NCBI GenBank assembly: GCA_013286365.1
Contig: JABDFY010000008.1
Location: 199 to 64,198 of the forward strand
Direction of reading: 5' to 3'
Origin: Alphaproteobacteria bacterium
GTDB taxonomy: Bacteria > Pseudomonadota > Alphaproteobacteria > UBA9219
Length of the DNA stretch: 64,000 nt
Shown: piece by piece, positions 60,908-64,000 of the stretch
Layout: every line of letters starts with the position of its first letter
How positions within the stretch are numbered: position 1 is the first letter of the stretch
Notes under the pieces: model-generated
What the model was told of the DNA's origin: nothing
The model's input: the letters and a program-made list of their open reading frames with translations, nothing else
Database searches by the model: none
Translations under genes and position numbers: made by a program

Positions 60908-61325
60908 GATGTATGCCCCAGTGAATATCGCCTATTTAAAAATTACATTTTTTACATCATCACATAACTAAATGTTTTTTTTATGAATTGGATGAACTCT
61001 GGGAAAGCCAATTGGTGGATGTAAAATTAGGACAATATTTTATTATCGATTTTTTAAGCATACTTTCGTGTCTACTACCCCAAGTCACGTTTGATACAAA
61101 ATTATTTTTTAGGGACAGCCAACAATATGAGTGGGTTATGGGTTGATCTTATTTAAATGTTCGTAGCCCATAGAATCATTAAAATTTGTATCAAAATCTA
61201 ACCAAACAACTTCTTCCATGAATGAATTGAAATAAGCCAAGAATTTAAGAGTGAGTAAATTAGTAGTACGGTATTAATTTATTTCTGGTAACAATTTAGC
61301 ACGCACATCGTGCGGAGTGGTGACC

Positions 61326-62711
61326 ATGAGCTTTTATGACTATATGCGGTTTGCATCCGTCATCGCTGTAAGCGTGATACTGGCATCCGCTCCTGCGCAT
61401 GCCGCAAGTACCACACCCAACAATATACAAATGCTGCCGCCGTTGCAGTTATCAGGGGCTCTTGGGGCAACGACAACATCGATTTGTCCAACCATTGGTT
61501 CGGGTGATGCTCAAGTCTTGGCCTGGGATGGTCAAAATGCGCTGAATTGCGTCAGTGGACTTTTGGTCAATCCAGAATCCGGTTCAATAAACTCAAAAAG
61601 CCTTATTGCTAGCGATGTGGGTTTCACGGCGCCAGCCAACGTCGTTAATCCAGCAAGCTGGACAAGTTTTATTCCTACCGGCATTACGTTTTTTGGTTCT
61701 AATACCTATAGCTCGATTGGTCCACTTGGTTTTAATTTCGACTACACTTCAGTCGCAGGATCAGGTGTTGTGCAATTAGACGGCGTCAATGGTCAATTCA
61801 AAATTCAGGGCACTGCTGCCAGCGGCATAGATATTAATGGTACTAATTTTAGTATCGATGGCACGGGTGATGTAAGCACGACTGCCGGTAATTTTACGAC
61901 GAAGTCTGGTTTTATCCAAACGACGTCAGGGAATATCGAAACATCAACAGGCGATGTGGGCGGCACTACTGTTACGATTAATGGCGTCAAATTGGATCAA
62001 GACAGTGCAACGACACTCAACAATATTGTAGGCCAACCGACAGGTTGTATACTTACAAAAACAAGTCCGACAACCTTCAGCTGCACAACAATGCCGGTGA
62101 CACCTGCGCCTGTTCCCACTTGTGCCGCTAATCAGATCTTGGGTTATGATGCCAGCGGGCATTTGAATTGCATTAATCAAACGCCACCCGGCGCGTCCCC
62201 ACTCTATGTTAGAAATGCTGCAACTCTTGGCGTCGATTCTGGAGGAGTAGCTTACGGTGGTGCGACACTCATGGGTTGGAATCAAGCGATGGCGGCTTAC
62301 TACGCCACATGTGTTGCTGCCCAAGGTGTAGCAACGTGTGCCCCTTATGCCGATGCTTGCGTGTTCTATCCTGGTGGTTCCAGTGACGGTAATGGCTCGA
62401 ACTTGTCGGCAACACAGTTACCTTCAGACACGTCCGTTCCGAGTTATTCCGGTACTTACACCAGTCCTGTAACAGGCGACCAGATCGCTACCCCAGTGGA
62501 TTTGCCCTCATTACAGCAAGATTATCATAATAAAGTTTACAGCGTGACTTGTGAACAATGGATGTGTCAGGGCGTTACAGGCAAATATGCTGCCCTTGCT
62601 TTTATTGCCGGTACATGTGCACCTGGGCAAACGCCCAGCAATACACCAAATCCCAGCTGCGATCCCAATGGGCGGCCAGTTGTCTCTCTCAATTGCCTAA
62701 GCACCTATTAG
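61326..62711 (+). CDS. hypothetical secreted Thr/Gly/Ser-rich protein (about 461 aa), fibre/adhesin-like
   Basis: Has a signal peptide ending AHA/AS. It carries two Cys-loop motifs (CPTIGSGDAQVLAWDGQNALNC and CAANQILGYDASGHLNC) and low-complexity beta-rich repeats. The ORF track starts at a GTG at 61317. Confidence 0.6.
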   Translation: MSFYDYMRFASVIAVSVILASAPAHAASTTPNNIQMLPPLQLSGALGATTTSICPTIGSGDAQVLAWDGQNALNCVSGLLVNPESGSINSKSLIASDVGFTAPANVVNPASWTSFIPTGITFFGSNTYSSIGPLGFNFDYTSVAGSGVVQLDGVNGQFKIQGTAASGIDINGTNFSIDGTGDVSTTAGNFTTKSGFIQTTSGNIETSTGDVGGTTVTINGVKLDQDSATTLNNIVGQPTGCILTKTSPTTFSCTTMPVTPAPVPTCAANQILGYDASGHLNCINQTPPGASPLYVRNAATLGVDSGGVAYGGATLMGWNQAMAAYYATCVAAQGVATCAPYADACVFYPGGSSDGNGSNLSATQLPSDTSVPSYSGTYTSPVTGDQIATPVDLPSLQQDYHNKVYSVTCEQWMCQGVTGKYAALAFIAGTCAPGQTPSNTPNPSCDPNGRPVVSLNCLSTY

Positions 62712-62813
62712 GCAAAGCAATCCAAGCCCCCACGTGGGAATGCCCCCTGGGTTGTCACATTACAGGCCATCACACTCTTAGATTGATCTCCCAACGATTA
62801 GTCGTTACTAGCT

Positions 62814-63443
62814 ATGTAGTTGGCCATATTCCTTAGAAGTCATCAGCAACACATATCCGCAAGTAATGCGGATCGAGAAGAGCGTAAGCGTGAGCCATTG
62901 AGTACGCATACACCGCTAAAACTCTCGCCCAGCCTTGTGCTTGCGGCACTTGGTATTGTGTTTGGAGATATTGGCACAAGCCCACTCTACACATTTAAAA
63001 CTGTTATCAGTCTTTCAGGCGGGGCGCCATCAGCTGAGGCTATGCTTGGACTTTTATCTCTAATTATTTGGGCCTTACTTATCACGGTATCGATAAAGTA
63101 CGTAACTTTCGTTATGCGTGTTGATAATGACGGCGAAGGTGGGATTTTAGCCTTGATGTCCCTTCTCGGCGTAAAAAAAAGCAACCGCCCAACCATTATT
63201 GCCATTGGTCTGTTTGGTGCAGCTCTTATTTACGGTGATGGCGCCATAACGCCGGCTATCTCCGTTCTTTCGGCTGTCGAAGGTTTGCAAATCGCAACAC
63301 CTTCTTTAACGCATGACATTCTTCCTATCTCCGTCGTCATTTTGTTGTGCCTGTTTTTTTCGCAGTCTCAAGGAACAGCACGCATCGGCTGGGTATTCGG
63401 CCCGGTCATGAGTTTGTGGTTTTTCGTTATAGGTATTCTTTGT
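62814..63443 (+). pseudogene. kup: kup (K+ uptake) N-terminal fragment, about 208 codons
   Basis: Contains LGIVFGDIGTSPLYTFK...DNDGEGGILALMSL...YGDGAITPAISVLSAVEG...FGPVMSLWF. Similarity ends near 63440. An in-frame ATG-TAG (62814-62819) immediately precedes the TTG-initiated ORF. Confidence 0.7.
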
Positions 63444-64000
63444 GTCGTCGTACGCGTTAAAAAATACGGCTGTGCCGGGAACCCGTGGTGTCTTACTGGC
63501 CGCAACCCACTGCATAAAAGAATCAACCGGCTCGACTTGAGATGTGAGCTGTTGCGATACAGCAAGCACGCCCCGGTGCCACACGGCCATAATGACATAG
63601 ACCAGCGCGGCCAGAGCAATGGGTACCCAGCCACCCTCAAATATTTTCAGTAGATTTGCCGAAAAAAATGCTAAATCTATCGTAAAGAATGCACCAGCAA
63701 CCAATAAACTTGGCAGCAACTTCCATCCCCATACCTCACGCATCGCCACAAACAAAAGGCAAGTTGTCAGCAGCATGGTGAATGAAACGGCAACACCGTA
63801 AGCTGCGGCGAGGCTGTCGGAGCTGCCAAAGGCGATTGTAATGCCTATGGTGGCGAACATCAGCATCCAGTTAACAGTACCAACATAAATTTGGCCATAA
63901 CCAGCTGAAGATGTCTGGGTGATACGCATGTGCGGGAACCAACCAAGCAGCATAGCTTGGCGTGTCATTGAAAAAGCGCCGCTGATGATCGCTTGGCTAG
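63441..64000 (-). pseudogene. kup: kup internal fragment in inverted orientation (roughly the Kup region SQAIISGAFS...PGTAVF); continues past the window end
   Basis: Minus-strand translation reads ...SQAIISGAFSMTRQAMLLGWFPHMRITQTSSAGYGQIYVGTVNWML...AAAYGVAV...GGWVPIA...RVPGTAVFF. It abuts the plus-strand fragment at about 63440-63450. Confidence 0.7.

Overview
The window reads as chromosomal DNA from an alphaproteobacterium-like genome. This rests on the EF-Tu, RpoA and Irr-like sequences and on gene order. All family calls come from motif recognition in the translations, because no database search was possible.

Core content, all on the minus strand:
- About 5.1-27.8 kb is an almost complete str-S10-spc-alpha ribosomal-protein supercluster: rpsL-rpsG-fusA-tuf-rpsJ...rplQ.
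- It is followed by a small lipoprotein gene, an htrA-like gene, rarA and a partial aminotransferase gene.

The supercluster is interrupted at three points:
- A CheY/CheX/CheA-like signalling cassette sits between adk and rpsM.
- An 84-aa ORF sits between rplB and rpsS.
- A 271-bp spacer, either structured RNA or a small ORF, sits between rpsQ and rplN.

The ancient tRNA-Tyr / tRNA-Gly / (tuf) / tRNA-Trp / secE / nusG / rplKAJL-rpoBC array is broken up. Two orphan genes lie between tRNA-Tyr and tRNA-Gly. A 12-kb accessory locus lies between tRNA-Gly and tRNA-Trp. nusG is followed by housekeeping and orphan genes instead of rplK...rpoC.

The 12-kb locus (34.7-46.8 kb) is the most interesting part. 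It encodes:
- three tandem paralogous secreted Gly-rich proteins;
- two paralogous CXXCH cytochrome-P460-like proteins;
- an arylsulfotransferase-like propeller;
- a DUF2142/GT-C-like membrane protein;
- a secreted protein with a Cu-monooxygenase-like HxH...M signature;
- a TPR/GT9-like protein.

I read this as a candidate undescribed extracytoplasmic protein-modification or matrix system.

The 3' third of the window holds housekeeping genes (rlmB, dsbD-like, prx, carD, fdxA, irr). After them comes a degraded island downstream of tRNA-Thr, carrying an ankyrin protein, a divergent adenylate-forming enzyme, an integrase remnant and secreted Cys-motif proteins. The window ends in a kup gene that appears split by an intragenic inversion.

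No rRNA genes, CRISPR arrays or intact transposases were seen.
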